Assembly (NCBI GenBank): GCA_965215275.1
Contig: OZ244044.1
Coordinates: 1,504,001 to 1,568,000 of the forward strand
Source: Thermodesulfobacteriota bacterium
GTDB taxonomy: Bacteria > Desulfobacterota_D > UBA1144 > Nemesobacterales > JAJCZQ01
Direction: 5' to 3'
Length of the DNA stretch: 64,000 bases
Positions 18,995-29,604 of this stretch are shown piece after piece. Position 1 is the stretch's first letter; each line of letters starts with the position of its first letter. The notes under the pieces are model-generated. The model was not told where the DNA came from, made no database searches, and worked only from the letters and a program-made list of their open reading frames with translations. The position numbers were made by a program, and so were the translations under genes.

Positions 18995-19777
18995 ATGATG
19001 GGAACCGAAGCAATACAGCGATCTTTCAAAGAATCTGTTGCCAAGTCAGTGGAACTCTTTCCGGAGGGAGAAGATCGCTATAAGGTATTTACCCCTTTTC
19101 ATTTTGATGATGGTGATCACTTTGTAGTTGTTTTGAAGCAAGAACCACCCGGAAACTGGATTATAACGGATGAAGGACATACATATATGCACATGAGTTA
19201 CGATGAGAGTCTGTCTTCTTTCAACAGCGGAAACCGGAACCAAATTATCGAAAACGCTCTGGAAAAACATGGCGTAAAAGAGACTGAAGGGAAACTTTTT
19301 GCTCCAATTAATGAGATGACCGGTGCTGGCAACGTTCTCTACGACTTTATTCAGTGCCTTATCCAAATAACCGATGTTTCCTATCTCAGCCGTGAAAGAG
19401 TAATATCCACGTTTAAAGAAGATTTCAAACGTTTTATGGAAGAATCCGTTCCGGGAGAGAGATTACAATTTGATTATATAGAAGAAAGAAACGACCCCGA
19501 TGGGAAATATAAAGTGGACTGCCGGATCAACGGCATGGATCGTTCCTTACACGTATACGCAATAACGGGTAACGAGAAATGCATCTATACAACGATCAAC
19601 ATTCTTCAACATCAAAGCTGGAATTTGTCTTTTCTAAGTCTGGGGATCTTTGAAGATCAAGAGCAGATCAGCCGCAAAGCCTTGTCTCGTTTTACAGATG
19701 TTTGCGACCGGCAATTTTCCAGTTTGGCGATTAATAAAGAAAAGATCAAGGAATTCCTTGAAGAACAAATGAAGTAA
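18995..19777 (+). CDS. DUF1828-like protein
   Basis: TPFHFDDGDHFVVVL...WIITDEGHT pattern; RBS AGGAG. Confidence 0.65.
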   Translation: MMGTEAIQRSFKESVAKSVELFPEGEDRYKVFTPFHFDDGDHFVVVLKQEPPGNWIITDEGHTYMHMSYDESLSSFNSGNRNQIIENALEKHGVKETEGKLFAPINEMTGAGNVLYDFIQCLIQITDVSYLSRERVISTFKEDFKRFMEESVPGERLQFDYIEERNDPDGKYKVDCRINGMDRSLHVYAITGNEKCIYTTINILQHQSWNLSFLSLGIFEDQEQISRKALSRFTDVCDRQFSSLAINKEKIKEFLEEQMK

Positions 19778-19986
19778 ATTTAGCTCAAGGACTGTCAATA
19801 AAATACAATTGAACAGCTGAAAGAGCTAGAGAAAAGAGATGCTCATCCCTGATCAACTGGGGCTGATACCGTTCACATATATTTGTTGTGACGGATATAT
19901 ACAAACAGTTGAAATACCGATCATAAGCAAATAAACTATATCAGTTTACTTATCCCATATTAAAAGATTCGGAGGCCTGATATTCA

Positions 19987-22419
19987 ATGTCAACAGACCC
20001 GCAGATAGTACCTGTAAATATTGAAGATGAAATGAAGGAGTCTTACCTCAGCTACTCGATGAGCGTCATTGTTGGCAGGGCGTTGCCGGACGTAAGGGAC
20101 GGTTTGAAACCGGTGCATCGGAGGATCTTATACGGTATGCACGAAGTCGGGAACGCCTGGAACAAGCCTTATAAGAAATCGGCCAGGATAGTCGGGGACG
20201 TTATGGGTAAGTACCACCCACACGGTGACTCTGCCATCTACGACACACTTGTCCGAATGGCACAGGAATTCTCAATGCGGACGACCCTGGTTGATGGTCA
20301 GGGGAACTTCGGTTCAATAGACGGCGATTCTGCTGCTGCCATGAGATACACCGAGGTTCGGCTGGCTAAAATAACCGGTCAGATGATCGAGGACCTTGAC
20401 AAGGAAACGGTGGATTTTGTTCCAAACTATGATGAAAGTGAATCCGAACCTCTCGTCCTTCCGACGAAAGTGCCTAACCTTTTACTTAACGGTGCCTCTG
20501 GAATTGCAGTGGGAATGTCCACTAATATTCCTCCTCATAACCTTGGTGAACTGGTGAATGCCGTTGTTGCACAGATAAAGAACCCGGCAATTACGACCGC
20601 TGAACTGATGGAGCATCTTCCCGGTCCTGATTTTCCTACGGGAGGTTTTATCCTTGGCAGAGATGACATAAAGTCGGCTTATGAGACCGGCAGAGGTATT
20701 TTACACGTCAGGGCAAAGGCGCGTATAGAAAAGCAGAAGAAGGGAGACAGGGAGATAATAATAGTTTCCGAACTTCCATATCAGGTCAATAAGGCAAAAC
20801 TCGCACAGAGGATAGCCGAGCTTGCCAAGGATGAAAAAATAAAGGGAATATCCGATATAAGGGACGAATCTGACAGGGACGGTATCAGGCTCGTTATAGA
20901 AGTAAAACGGGGAGAGCATTCGGAAGTCGTTTTGAATCAGCTTTACAAATACACCCCGATGCATACTACCTTTGGGGTAATAATGATCGCCCTGGTCAGA
21001 AATCAGCCAAAGGTGCTGTCGCTGAAAGAGTCCATCACACAGTTCATAGATCACAGGAAAGAGGTGATAACCCGCAGAACGCAGTTCAACCTTGCAAAAG
21101 CGGAAGCAAGACTGCATATACTGGAGGGATTAAAAGTAGCTCTTGATAACCTTGACGAGGTTATCAGCCTCATAAGGAAGTCAGAAAATCCCAAGGTCGC
21201 AAAAGACGGACTTATGTCAAAGCTTTCACTGTCCGACCTGCAGGCACAGGCGATCCTCGATATGAGGCTGCAAAGGCTGACCGCTCTTGAAGTTGATAAG
21301 ATAATTGAAGAGAGAAAAGAGGTGATCGCGTTCGTAAAGGAACTGAAGGAGATACTTGGAAGTGAAAAGCTGATACTTAACATCGCAAGGGACGAACTGA
21401 AGGATATCAAGGAACAGTTTGCAGACGAACGTCGTACTGAGATCATAGAGAGCGAAGGAGAAATGTCCATTGAAGATCTGATAGCGGATGAGGACGTCGT
21501 TGTTACCATAACCCGTGAAGGGTACATCAAAACGACCCCACTCAGCGTTTACAGAAGTCAGAGGAGAGGGGGAAAGGGCAGAACCGGTATTACCACGAAG
21601 GATTCGGACTTTGTTGAAAATCTCTTTACGGCCTCAAGACATAATTATGTCCTGTTCTTTTCTAACAAGGGCAGGTGTTACTGGTTAAAGGTGCACGAGA
21701 TACCGGAGTCGGGACCGGCAACAAGGGGTAAGGCGATGGTAAACCTGCTTAATCTGGCAGGCGGCGAGAAGGTAGCGGCAGTGCTGCCGGTGATCAAGTT
21801 TGAGGAAGAAAAATTCATTATAATGGCAACGAAGAAAGGAATAATCAAAAAGACGAAGTTCATGGCTTATTCACGTCCCAGGACAGGTGGGATAATTGCC
21901 ATAAACATAAGGGACCATGATGAACTCATAGGAGTGAAAATAACCAGTGGAGACAACGACGTTCTGCTGACCTCTAAAAATGGACAAGCCGTGAGGTTTA
22001 ACGAGCACGGCGTAAGGGAAGTAGGCAGAACGGCCACGGGGGTTATAGGTATAAGGCTGGATGACAGCGACGAAGTGGTAAGTCTTGAGATAATAGAGGA
22101 CACGAACGCTCAGATACTGACGGTGACCGATATGGGATACGGTAAGAGGACCATCGCGGGCAACTACAGGATCACCAAACGAGGCGGAAAAGGTGTTATG
22201 ACCATTAAAACCACGGACAAGAACGGTAAGGTGGTGTGTGCTTTTCAGGTTACAAAAGATATGGAAGTGATGATAATCACAACTAACGCCGGGAAGGTTA
22301 TAAGGATGAAGGTATCTGAGATAAGTACCTATGGCAGGGTCTCACAGGGACTTAAACTGATCGACCTGGAAAGCGAGGAAAAGGTCGCGGCGGTTGCAAA
22401 GGTTATAGAAAGAGATTAG
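19987..22419 (+). CDS. gyrA: DNA gyrase subunit A
   Basis: [33 protein letters not shown], GyrA-box QRRGGKG. Confidence 0.98.
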   Translation: MSTDPQIVPVNIEDEMKESYLSYSMSVIVGRALPDVRDGLKPVHRRILYGMHEVGNAWNKPYKKSARIVGDVMGKYHPHGDSAIYDTLVRMAQEFSMRTTLVDGQGNFGSIDGDSAAAMRYTEVRLAKITGQMIEDLDKETVDFVPNYDESESEPLVLPTKVPNLLLNGASGIAVGMSTNIPPHNLGELVNAVVAQIKNPAITTAELMEHLPGPDFPTGGFILGRDDIKSAYETGRGILHVRAKARIEKQKKGDREIIIVSELPYQVNKAKLAQRIAELAKDEKIKGISDIRDESDRDGIRLVIEVKRGEHSEVVLNQLYKYTPMHTTFGVIMIALVRNQPKVLSLKESITQFIDHRKEVITRRTQFNLAKAEARLHILEGLKVALDNLDEVISLIRKSENPKVAKDGLMSKLSLSDLQAQAILDMRLQRLTALEVDKIIEERKEVIAFVKELKEILGSEKLILNIARDELKDIKEQFADERRTEIIESEGEMSIEDLIADEDVVVTITREGYIKTTPLSVYRSQRRGGKGRTGITTKDSDFVENLFTASRHNYVLFFSNKGRCYWLKVHEIPESGPATRGKAMVNLLNLAGGEKVAAVLPVIKFEEEKFIIMATKKGIIKKTKFMAYSRPRTGGIIAINIRDHDELIGVKITSGDNDVLLTSKNGQAVRFNEHGVREVGRTATGVIGIRLDDSDEVVSLEIIEDTNAQILTVTDMGYGKRTIAGNYRITKRGGKGVMTIKTTDKNGKVVCAFQVTKDMEVMIITTNAGKVIRMKVSEISTYGRVSQGLKLIDLESEEKVAAVAKVIERD

Positions 22420-22917
22420 ATGATCAGGGAGATTGAAAACTCTTTTATTGATTTTCCCGGCAATAACTGTTTTGCCTGCCATCCGGGTAATTCACACGGT
22501 CTGAAGTTGAAATTTTTTGCAGATGATGAAAAAGACAAGGTGTTCACAAAGATAAAACCGGAACTTCATTTTAACGGGTTTCCCGGCATCCTGCACGGCG
22601 GGATACAATGTGCGGTCGTTGATGAAACTGCCTACTGGGCAATGTTCGACAAGGTAAAAAAGATCGGTCTTACTGCGAAGATAGACCTTAAATATCTGTC
22701 TCCCGTGCCTATGAACGTTGAACTTGAAGTCAGTGCGAAGGTCAAGGAAATTAACAATAGAAGGGTAATGGTGGATACCGTGATCACGGGTGAAGGCTCA
22801 GAGGTCCTTACACAGGCGGACGTGCTTTATTTCCTGCCGAATAAAAAAGTCCTGTTCAAGGTCTTCAGCGAGGACAGTTTTAAAAAAGACAAGTTCCGCA
22901 GCTATATCATGGAGTAG
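22420..22917 (+). CDS. PaaI-family hot-dog-fold thioesterase
   Basis: CFACHPGNSHGLKL and GFPGILHGGI..VVDE. Confidence 0.85.
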   Translation: MIREIENSFIDFPGNNCFACHPGNSHGLKLKFFADDEKDKVFTKIKPELHFNGFPGILHGGIQCAVVDETAYWAMFDKVKKIGLTAKIDLKYLSPVPMNVELEVSAKVKEINNRRVMVDTVITGEGSEVLTQADVLYFLPNKKVLFKVFSEDSFKKDKFRSYIME

Positions 22918-22957
22918 AGAAAAACAGTTTAACTGCGTATTTTATATGAGGCTGAAG

Positions 22958-23563
22958 ATGAAACTGTATGACCACCCGCTTTCGGGAAATTGCTATAAAG
23001 TCAGATTACTGCTGTCGCATTTAAACGTTGACTATGAAAAGGTAACGGTTGATATATTTAAGGGTGAGCACAAAAGTGCCGGTTTTGCAAAACTGAACCC
23101 CAATCAGAAGATACCTGTCCTGATCGATGGAGACCAAGCTATATGGGAATCCAACGCTGTTTTGCTGTATCTGGCAAAGAAGTATTATCCAAATGACTAT
23201 TTTTCAGAAGACCCGTTGAACTTCGGTTTAATATCGCAGTGGCTTATTTTTGGAAAGACCTCGATCGATCCGTATCTTGCCGTTTCAAGATACTTTCTGA
23301 AGTTCCTCGGAGAGGGAAACTATGATAAGCAGCACCTGAAGACCTTACACGGTCAAGGGAACCAGTCTCTCAAGATCATAAGTGAACACCTGTCAGGTAA
23401 TGATTTTCTTGCCGGTAATTATTCCATTGCTGATATCGCCTGCTATCCCTACGTGATGCTCTCGGGCGAGGGAGGTTTTGATCTTTCCAAGTACCCGGCG
23501 GTTAAAAACTGGTGCAGAAGAATAGAAAACCAGCCGGGCTTTATAAGTTTTGAAAGTGAATAA
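22958..23563 (+). CDS. Glutathione S-transferase family protein
   Basis: MKLYDHPLSGNCYKVR, LNPNQKIPVL, WESNAVL, SIADIA; start moved from 22790 to ATG 22958. Confidence 0.9.
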   Translation: MKLYDHPLSGNCYKVRLLLSHLNVDYEKVTVDIFKGEHKSAGFAKLNPNQKIPVLIDGDQAIWESNAVLLYLAKKYYPNDYFSEDPLNFGLISQWLIFGKTSIDPYLAVSRYFLKFLGEGNYDKQHLKTLHGQGNQSLKIISEHLSGNDFLAGNYSIADIACYPYVMLSGEGGFDLSKYPAVKNWCRRIENQPGFISFESE

Positions 23564-23840
23564 GGCTGGTATCCTGTCCGCTATATCAGTGCGAACTGGT
23601 ATCTGAAAGTATCTTTCTGAAGATTAGATCGCAGGTTGAGTTTACTTAAATGAGCAGTAACGTTTCCTGACACGGCTTCCATCACCGTCAGTAAAGGTCC
23701 AAAGCAGTTTTAATGCTGTTATTTATCGGAGACTTGTTTAAAACCGTGCGGTATTGAATCTGGTCTGCTTGACTGTATGGTTATATTTAAGTGACAATAG
23801 ATGTTTTGCTTGAGCAATGGTCAGGAAACTTAAAAAGAAT

Positions 23841-24239
23841 ATGAAAAGCAAGGCAGGGGTGGTACTGTATAAAAAAAGCGGTAACGGAGATATAGGGGTT
23901 TTGCTGATAAGTGCAAGAAGGTATAAAAATTCCTGGGTATTTCCCGTTGGAACGGTTGAAGAGCATGAAACCCTTCAGGTGGCAGCTGCCAGAGAATGTA
24001 AGGAAGAAAGCGGTTATGTAGTTGAAATAGAGGATGAGGTCGGTACGGTCAAGACCTTGAACAAAGATGGGGAAAATTATTATACGTTTTATAAAGCTGG
24101 AGTTTTGCATAAAACGGACGAGTATGAAAAAGACAGAACGATCAAGTGGGTAAAGCTGGACGAACTTCCGGGTACCGTTGCTGAGGTTTTTCGCCCAATT
24201 GCAGATGCTTTTATCAAAGGACTGAAGCAGGTTCAGTGA
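23841..24239 (+). CDS. NUDIX hydrolase
   Basis: Nudix box GTVEEHETLQVAAARECKEESG. Confidence 0.88.
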   Translation: MKSKAGVVLYKKSGNGDIGVLLISARRYKNSWVFPVGTVEEHETLQVAAARECKEESGYVVEIEDEVGTVKTLNKDGENYYTFYKAGVLHKTDEYEKDRTIKWVKLDELPGTVAEVFRPIADAFIKGLKQVQ

Positions 24240-24273
24240 AGCAGGATTATAGTAAGTTGTATCGGAGATTTTT

Positions 24274-25041
24274 ATGAAAGATCTATATTCTTCAATTGCG
24301 CATATTTTCAGAGATCTAAGGGTGACCGATTCTGAACCGGTTCTCTATATGAAGGACAGGTTGGAAGACCTTGACACGATAAACGCGGCTGACGTAGGTG
24401 CAGGTGCAGGAAGGTATGCAAAACTGTTGTTTGAGCATATAGGAAACGAAAGGTTGTTCCTAAGCTGTTTTGACACGAACGAGTACATGCTGAAAAGCCT
24501 TGAACTTTATTTAAAAGATAACGACATATCTAATTTTGCTGCAAGGATCGCAGCTGCCGAGGAGATGCCCCTGAGAGATAAGGAGCTTGATTGTATATTT
24601 TCATTTAACTCCATTCATCATTTTAATTTTTATAAGTTCTTTGACGAGGTAAACAGGGTACTGAAAGAAAGAGGGCTGATATTCATTTACTCCAGAACGA
24701 GGACAGAAAATAAACAAAGTATATGGGGACGCTATTTTCCTCTTTTTGTAAAAAAGGAGTCCAGACTCTATGAACCAGACGAGTTTGCTTTTAAGCTCGA
24801 GAGAGTTGCTGGTCTTAAGCTGCTGGAGATAAAAACCTTCAGTTTCAAGAGAAAAGATACCATAGAAGGTCTTGTTGACAGGGCGTCAAGCAGGCACTAC
24901 TCTGCATTTTTTCTGTATGAGCAGAGAGAGTTTGATGAGGCATTGAGAGTTTTTGAATCAAAACTCAGGGAAAACTACCCTGACCCCAATAATATTGAAT
25001 GGGTGGATGAAAAGGTCCTGTTCACGGTCAGAAAATCATAA
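24274..25041 (+). CDS. Class I SAM-dependent methyltransferase
   Basis: ADVGAGAGRY motif I; AEEMPL...DCIFSFNSIHH. Confidence 0.85.
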   Translation: MKDLYSSIAHIFRDLRVTDSEPVLYMKDRLEDLDTINAADVGAGAGRYAKLLFEHIGNERLFLSCFDTNEYMLKSLELYLKDNDISNFAARIAAAEEMPLRDKELDCIFSFNSIHHFNFYKFFDEVNRVLKERGLIFIYSRTRTENKQSIWGRYFPLFVKKESRLYEPDEFAFKLERVAGLKLLEIKTFSFKRKDTIEGLVDRASSRHYSAFFLYEQREFDEALRVFESKLRENYPDPNNIEWVDEKVLFTVRKS

Positions 25042-25188
25042 TGAATATCTGTTTTGCCGGACCCGTCAGAGAAAGTCTGGATGACACGGGGCTGTTGAAA
25101 GACGCGGCAGGGTTTTTAGCTGATCGAATAAAACCAGTTTTATTATGGCCGGGATAAGCACGCCAGTTGCGAAGCTGGTAGTTTAGAA

Positions 25189-25261
25189 AGGGCGATGGGG
25201 GATTCGAACCCCCGACCTCTGGCTCCGGAGGCCAGCGCTCTATCCACTGAGCTAATCACCC
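25189..25261 (-). tRNA. tRNA-Arg(CCG), CCA not encoded
   Basis: Minus strand GGGTGATTAGCTCAGTGGATAGAGCGCTGGCCTCCGGAGCCAGAGGTCGGGGGTTCGAATCCCCCATCGCCC. Confidence 0.95.
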
Positions 25262-26070
25262 GAAATTTTCAGATTCAGTTCTTTCATTACCAGTTTTATA
25301 TCTTCCCATACGGGTTTTCTGAAATTAGGGTTGCGCAAGATCGCTGCAGGATGATAAGTGATCATCAGTTTGGAATTTCCGTATTCATGGAACTGTCCCC
25401 TTAGGTCCCCCATGCGAGGATTTTTTAATTGAAGCAATAAACTTGTTGCCACGCTTCCAAGACAGACTATAACCTCGGGGTCGATTGCTCTTATCTGCTT
25501 CAGCAGAAATGGTCTGCATGCCGCTACTTCATCGGCTTCAGGATTTCTGTTTTCAGGTGGTCTGCATTTTACAACGTTACATATATATACGTCCTGTCTG
25601 TCTAATCCCATTGCTGCAATGATCTTTGTCAGCAGCTTTCCTGCACGTCCGACAAATGGCTTGCCCTGAATGTCTTCGTCCCTGCCAGGCCCCTCTCCCA
25701 CAAAAACAAGTTTTGCATTTGGATTACCATCTCCAAATACAATATTAGTTCTGCCCTCGTGAAGTTTGCACCTTGTGCATTCACCAAGTTCGTTCCTTAT
25801 TTCCTCAAGCGTCTGTTTTGTACCTGATTCAAAAATATCCGGCTGATTGGCAGTTCTTATGATCGTTTTTCTTTCCATTCTTTCCGTTTTACTGGCTGGT
25901 TCGGCAAGTGTTTTTACGCTCTTTTTTGTGGTAATGGTTCTGTCAGTTGTTCCGTCCGGCTTTTTAATTGGAGGATCGATCGATATCCTTTCAACACCTA
26001 TCTGTCTTTGATATTTCAGATACTCCCTGAAATGATCTAAAATGTTGAGAATATTTTGCTTATCGTTCAT
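25252..26070 (-). CDS. Uracil-DNA glycosylase family 4 (Fe-S)
   Basis: CTRCKLH, VGEGPG..ED..GKPFVGRAG, NVVKCRPPENR, YHPAA. Confidence 0.93.
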   Translation of the reverse strand: MNDKQNILNILDHFREYLKYQRQIGVERISIDPPIKKPDGTTDRTITTKKSVKTLAEPASKTERMERKTIIRTANQPDIFESGTKQTLEEIRNELGECTRCKLHEGRTNIVFGDGNPNAKLVFVGEGPGRDEDIQGKPFVGRAGKLLTKIIAAMGLDRQDVYICNVVKCRPPENRNPEADEVAACRPFLLKQIRAIDPEVIVCLGSVATSLLLQLKNPRMGDLRGQFHEYGNSKLMITYHPAAILRNPNFRKPVWEDIKLVMKELNLKISGD

Positions 26071-26177
26071 AGCTTTATATACAGGGGTCTGCTTGCAACT
26101 GGACTGACTTCATTTAGAATAGTATGCCTGATCCAGTACATATCCAACCTTAGGTCTCTGTACAGGAATAATGATAC

Positions 26178-28640
26178 ATGAAGAAGGAATATAAACCACA
26201 GAATATAGAATCAAAGTGGCAGGATGAATGGGAAAAGCGGAAGGTGTATAAAGTGGACGAGGTCCCTGATAAAGAAAAATATTACGTTCTTGAAATGTTT
26301 CCCTATCCTTCCGGCAGAATTCACATGGGACACGTAAGGAATTACACTATAGGGGACGTTGTTGCACGTTATAAAAGGGCACAGGGGTATAACGTTCTTC
26401 ATCCGATAGGATGGGACGCTTTTGGTCTGCCTGCCGAGAATGCAGCTATACAGAACGGGGTACATCCTGCCAAATGGACCTATGAAAATATTTCTCAGAT
26501 GGGCAGACAGCTTAAAAGGCTCGGATTTAGCTACGACTGGTCAAGAGAAATTGCAACCTGTGACCCCGATTATTACAGGTGGGAGCAGTGGCTTTTCACA
26601 AAACTTTATGAGAAAGACCTGGTTTATAAGAAAACCTCTTATGTGAACTGGGACCCAGTTGATCAGACGGTACTTGCTAATGAGCAGGTCATTGATGGCA
26701 AAGGCTGGAGGTCAGGAGCCGTCGTTGAGAGAAAAGAAATCCCGCAGTGGTTTTTAAAGATCACTGACTATGCCGAGGAGTTACTGACCGATATAGAGAA
26801 GTTGCCGGGATGGCCGGACGCCGTTAAAACAATGCAGTCTAACTGGATAGGCAGATCAGTGGGGATCGAGGCATTGTTCAGAATTGAGGAACTGGATTAT
26901 GACCTGATGATATTTACCACTCGTCCTGACACGATAATGGGGGTTACCTATCTTGCCGTTGCCCCGGAGCATCCTCTTGCGAAAAAGGTCGCGGAAAAAA
27001 ATAGTGAAGTATCTGAGTTTATCGATGAGTGCACCAGGTCTGCTTTTTCTGAATCTGATATGGATGCCGTGGAGAAAAAAGGACTGAATCTTGACGTTGA
27101 GGCGGTTCATCCGGTAAGCGGGGACAGCATCCCTGTGTACGTTGCTAATTTTGTGTTAATGAACTACGGTACCGGTGCCGTTATGTCGGTTCCCGGTCAT
27201 GATCAGAGAGATTGGGAATTTGCAAGGAAGTATGGACTTCCCGTAAAGCAGGTCGTTTATCCAAAGAACGGCACTGAGTTCAGTATCGAAGAAGGAGCGT
27301 TCATTGAAAAAGGGATATTGCAAAACTCCGGCCAGTTCGATGGACAGACTTCCGAAGAGGCTTTTGAATCAATAGCGGAGTATCTGGAAAAAGAAGGAAA
27401 AGGAAGGAAAAAGTTAAACTATCGTCTCAGGGACTGGGGGATCTCAAGGCAGAGATACTGGGGAGCACCGATACCTGTTGTTTATTGTGATAAATGCGGT
27501 GAGATCCCGGTTCCGGATGATCAGTTACCCGTTAAGCTGCCAATGGATATCGACGTACAGGGAAGTCAGATCCCCTCTCTGTCAAAGATAGAGGATTTTA
27601 AAAAGACCGAATGTCCAAAATGTAAAGGCAAGGCTCAAAGAGAGACCGACACCATGGATACGTTCGTTGAGTCTTCGTGGTATTTTTTCCGTTATGTCTC
27701 CCCTGAATATAGAAAGGGGATGTTTGACGGGAAAAAGGTTGATCACTGGCTTCCCGTTGACCAGTACATTGGAGGTATAGAGCATGCGATACTTCATCTG
27801 CTTTACTCCAGGTTTTTCACAAAGGTTATCAGGGACCTTGGATTGATCGACCTGGATGAACCTTTTAAAGATCTTTTAACTCAGGGAATGGTAATAAAAG
27901 ATGGTGCAAAAATGTCCAAGTCGCTGGGCAACGTTGTTGATCCGGACGATATGATAGAAAAGTACGGGGCCGATACTATAAGGGTCTTTATGCTTTTTGC
28001 CTCTCCTGTTAACAGGGACCTTGAGTGGAGCGACGAAGGGATCGAAGGAAGTTTCAGGTTCCTGGGAAGGGTCTGGAGATTGATCCAGAATGCTACAGGG
28101 CAAATTCCCCCGGCTACCTGTGAGCCTTCCGACCTTGATCAGTTATCCAAGGAGGCAGGCCTTCTTTTGACCAAGACCCACAGAACAGTAAAAAAGGTAA
28201 CTCAGGACTTTGATAGATTTCAGTTCAACACCGCTATTGCGGCAATGATGGAACTGGTAAACGAACTTTACAAGATGGAATTAAAAAATGACATCGACAG
28301 GGCGGTTTTCAGATTTTCGGTTAAATCGCTGATAAGGATGCTGTATCCCATAGCACCTCACATTGCCGAGGAACTGTGGCAGATAATGGAAAATGAGAAC
28401 GACCTTGTTGATACCGAATGGCTCAGATGGGAGGAATCGCTGACCCAGTCCGATGAAATAAGCGTAGTTATTCAAGTCAATGGCAAGGTAAGGAACCATA
28501 TAAGTATATCCTCGGATTGCGACAGGGAGGAGATGGAGCAGGCGGCACTGAACGATGACAAGGTACAGAGATATATAAAAGGTAAACAGGTCCGCAGAGT
28601 AGTGGTAGTGCCTAAAAAACTCGTTAATGTCGTTGTTTAG
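26178..28640 (+). CDS. leuS: Leucine--tRNA ligase
   Basis: [36 protein letters not shown]. Confidence 0.98.
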   Translation: MKKEYKPQNIESKWQDEWEKRKVYKVDEVPDKEKYYVLEMFPYPSGRIHMGHVRNYTIGDVVARYKRAQGYNVLHPIGWDAFGLPAENAAIQNGVHPAKWTYENISQMGRQLKRLGFSYDWSREIATCDPDYYRWEQWLFTKLYEKDLVYKKTSYVNWDPVDQTVLANEQVIDGKGWRSGAVVERKEIPQWFLKITDYAEELLTDIEKLPGWPDAVKTMQSNWIGRSVGIEALFRIEELDYDLMIFTTRPDTIMGVTYLAVAPEHPLAKKVAEKNSEVSEFIDECTRSAFSESDMDAVEKKGLNLDVEAVHPVSGDSIPVYVANFVLMNYGTGAVMSVPGHDQRDWEFARKYGLPVKQVVYPKNGTEFSIEEGAFIEKGILQNSGQFDGQTSEEAFESIAEYLEKEGKGRKKLNYRLRDWGISRQRYWGAPIPVVYCDKCGEIPVPDDQLPVKLPMDIDVQGSQIPSLSKIEDFKKTECPKCKGKAQRETDTMDTFVESSWYFFRYVSPEYRKGMFDGKKVDHWLPVDQYIGGIEHAILHLLYSRFFTKVIRDLGLIDLDEPFKDLLTQGMVIKDGAKMSKSLGNVVDPDDMIEKYGADTIRVFMLFASPVNRDLEWSDEGIEGSFRFLGRVWRLIQNATGQIPPATCEPSDLDQLSKEAGLLLTKTHRTVKKVTQDFDRFQFNTAIAAMMELVNELYKMELKNDIDRAVFRFSVKSLIRMLYPIAPHIAEELWQIMENENDLVDTEWLRWEESLTQSDEISVVIQVNGKVRNHISISSDCDREEMEQAALNDDKVQRYIKGKQVRRVVVVPKKLVNVVV

Positions 28641-28799
28641 GAGCTGAGAGTTGCAAAGGCGCAGTTGCTGATTACTAAGAAGATGAAGTATGATGGGCAG
28701 TATACGTAAAGATTGGAAATTATATACAATAGTAAACAAGGTATCAACGGGAACAGTATAACGTGTAGAGATAGTCAAGGTCTTCACTTGATAAACCGG

Positions 28800-29510
28800 C
28801 AGTTTGATTTATGGAGATGTTCGCTGGTGAGAGATCAGTGGGAAAACGGTTTGAAAGGCCGTTGTGTAGAGACGGGAGATATTGGCGTCATTGCGTCAGT
28901 GTCCGAAGTGGCAGTATAACAGCAACGGGCAATATATCGTTCAGGAAAAGGTTATTGGCAATATACCTGATAACTGCAGACTTAAAGGTATTATCCGGTC
29001 GTAAAACGGGAAGGTATACGGGAACTGTGCAAAGACAACTTGGTTTTGCTGCACGGGACAAGAAAGGCGTTTGAAGAGTAGTCAGATAATCCCTTACTGT
29101 CTCCAACAGAGGCAGGTGAAGTTCTATGTTGGCGGGGGTGGAAAAGAACGAACATGCCAGTAAAGCAAAGGAGGGAATACAAGGGAGAAGCACAAAGGAA
29201 AAGTCATCATCAGCAGGTATAAGATTAGGAGCAGACAGGAGGGTCAGGGTAAAGGCAACTGAAGCCATAAAAAGTGAGGCATCATAAGGTATGACGGACG
29301 GAAGTGCAGGTCTATATCAAAAGGGCAGAAAGTTTCCGGTCCGCGTTGCAAGAGATTTTGCAGGCGTGTATCACAAGATGTCAGGGAAACGTTTACAAAG
29401 ATGTACAGATGAGCATGCAGGAAGGCGTAACAACGGAGCATTACCGACCGTGGATCAGATCAAAGACGTGATCAGGGGATCGTGTGGCAAGAGAGATCAG
29501 ATACTGCTGA
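28800..29510 (+). pseudogene. Decayed IS1595-family transposase
   Basis: Collinear frameshifted fragments FMEMFAGE, SVRSGS..ISFRKRLLAIYL, SDNPLLSP, QGRSTKEKS, GVYHKMSGKRLQRCTDEHAGRRNN..LPTVDQIK match the intact transposases in this window. Confidence 0.85.
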
Positions 29511-29569
29511 TGAATGGTCCGTGTATCCTGAATATCTTTATCATTGAAAAACAGAGAAAGAAGTTATAC

Positions 29570-29598
29570 TTGACATTACATCAGAACGGAAGTAAAAT
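29570..29598 (+). promoter_or_regulatory. sigma70-type promoter of paralog 2
   Basis: TTGACA, 17-nt spacer, TAAAAT; ATG 29605 is 7 nt after the -10 box. Confidence 0.7.
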
Positions 29599-29604
29599 AT
29601 AAAA

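Noticed and set aside
22790..22957. N-terminal extension of the GST ORF
   Set aside because: It overlaps the thioesterase gene; the GST fold begins at ATG 22958
28811..29602. ORFs 28811-29074 and 29291-29602 as independent genes
   Set aside because: They are frameshifted pieces of one decayed IS1595 transposase
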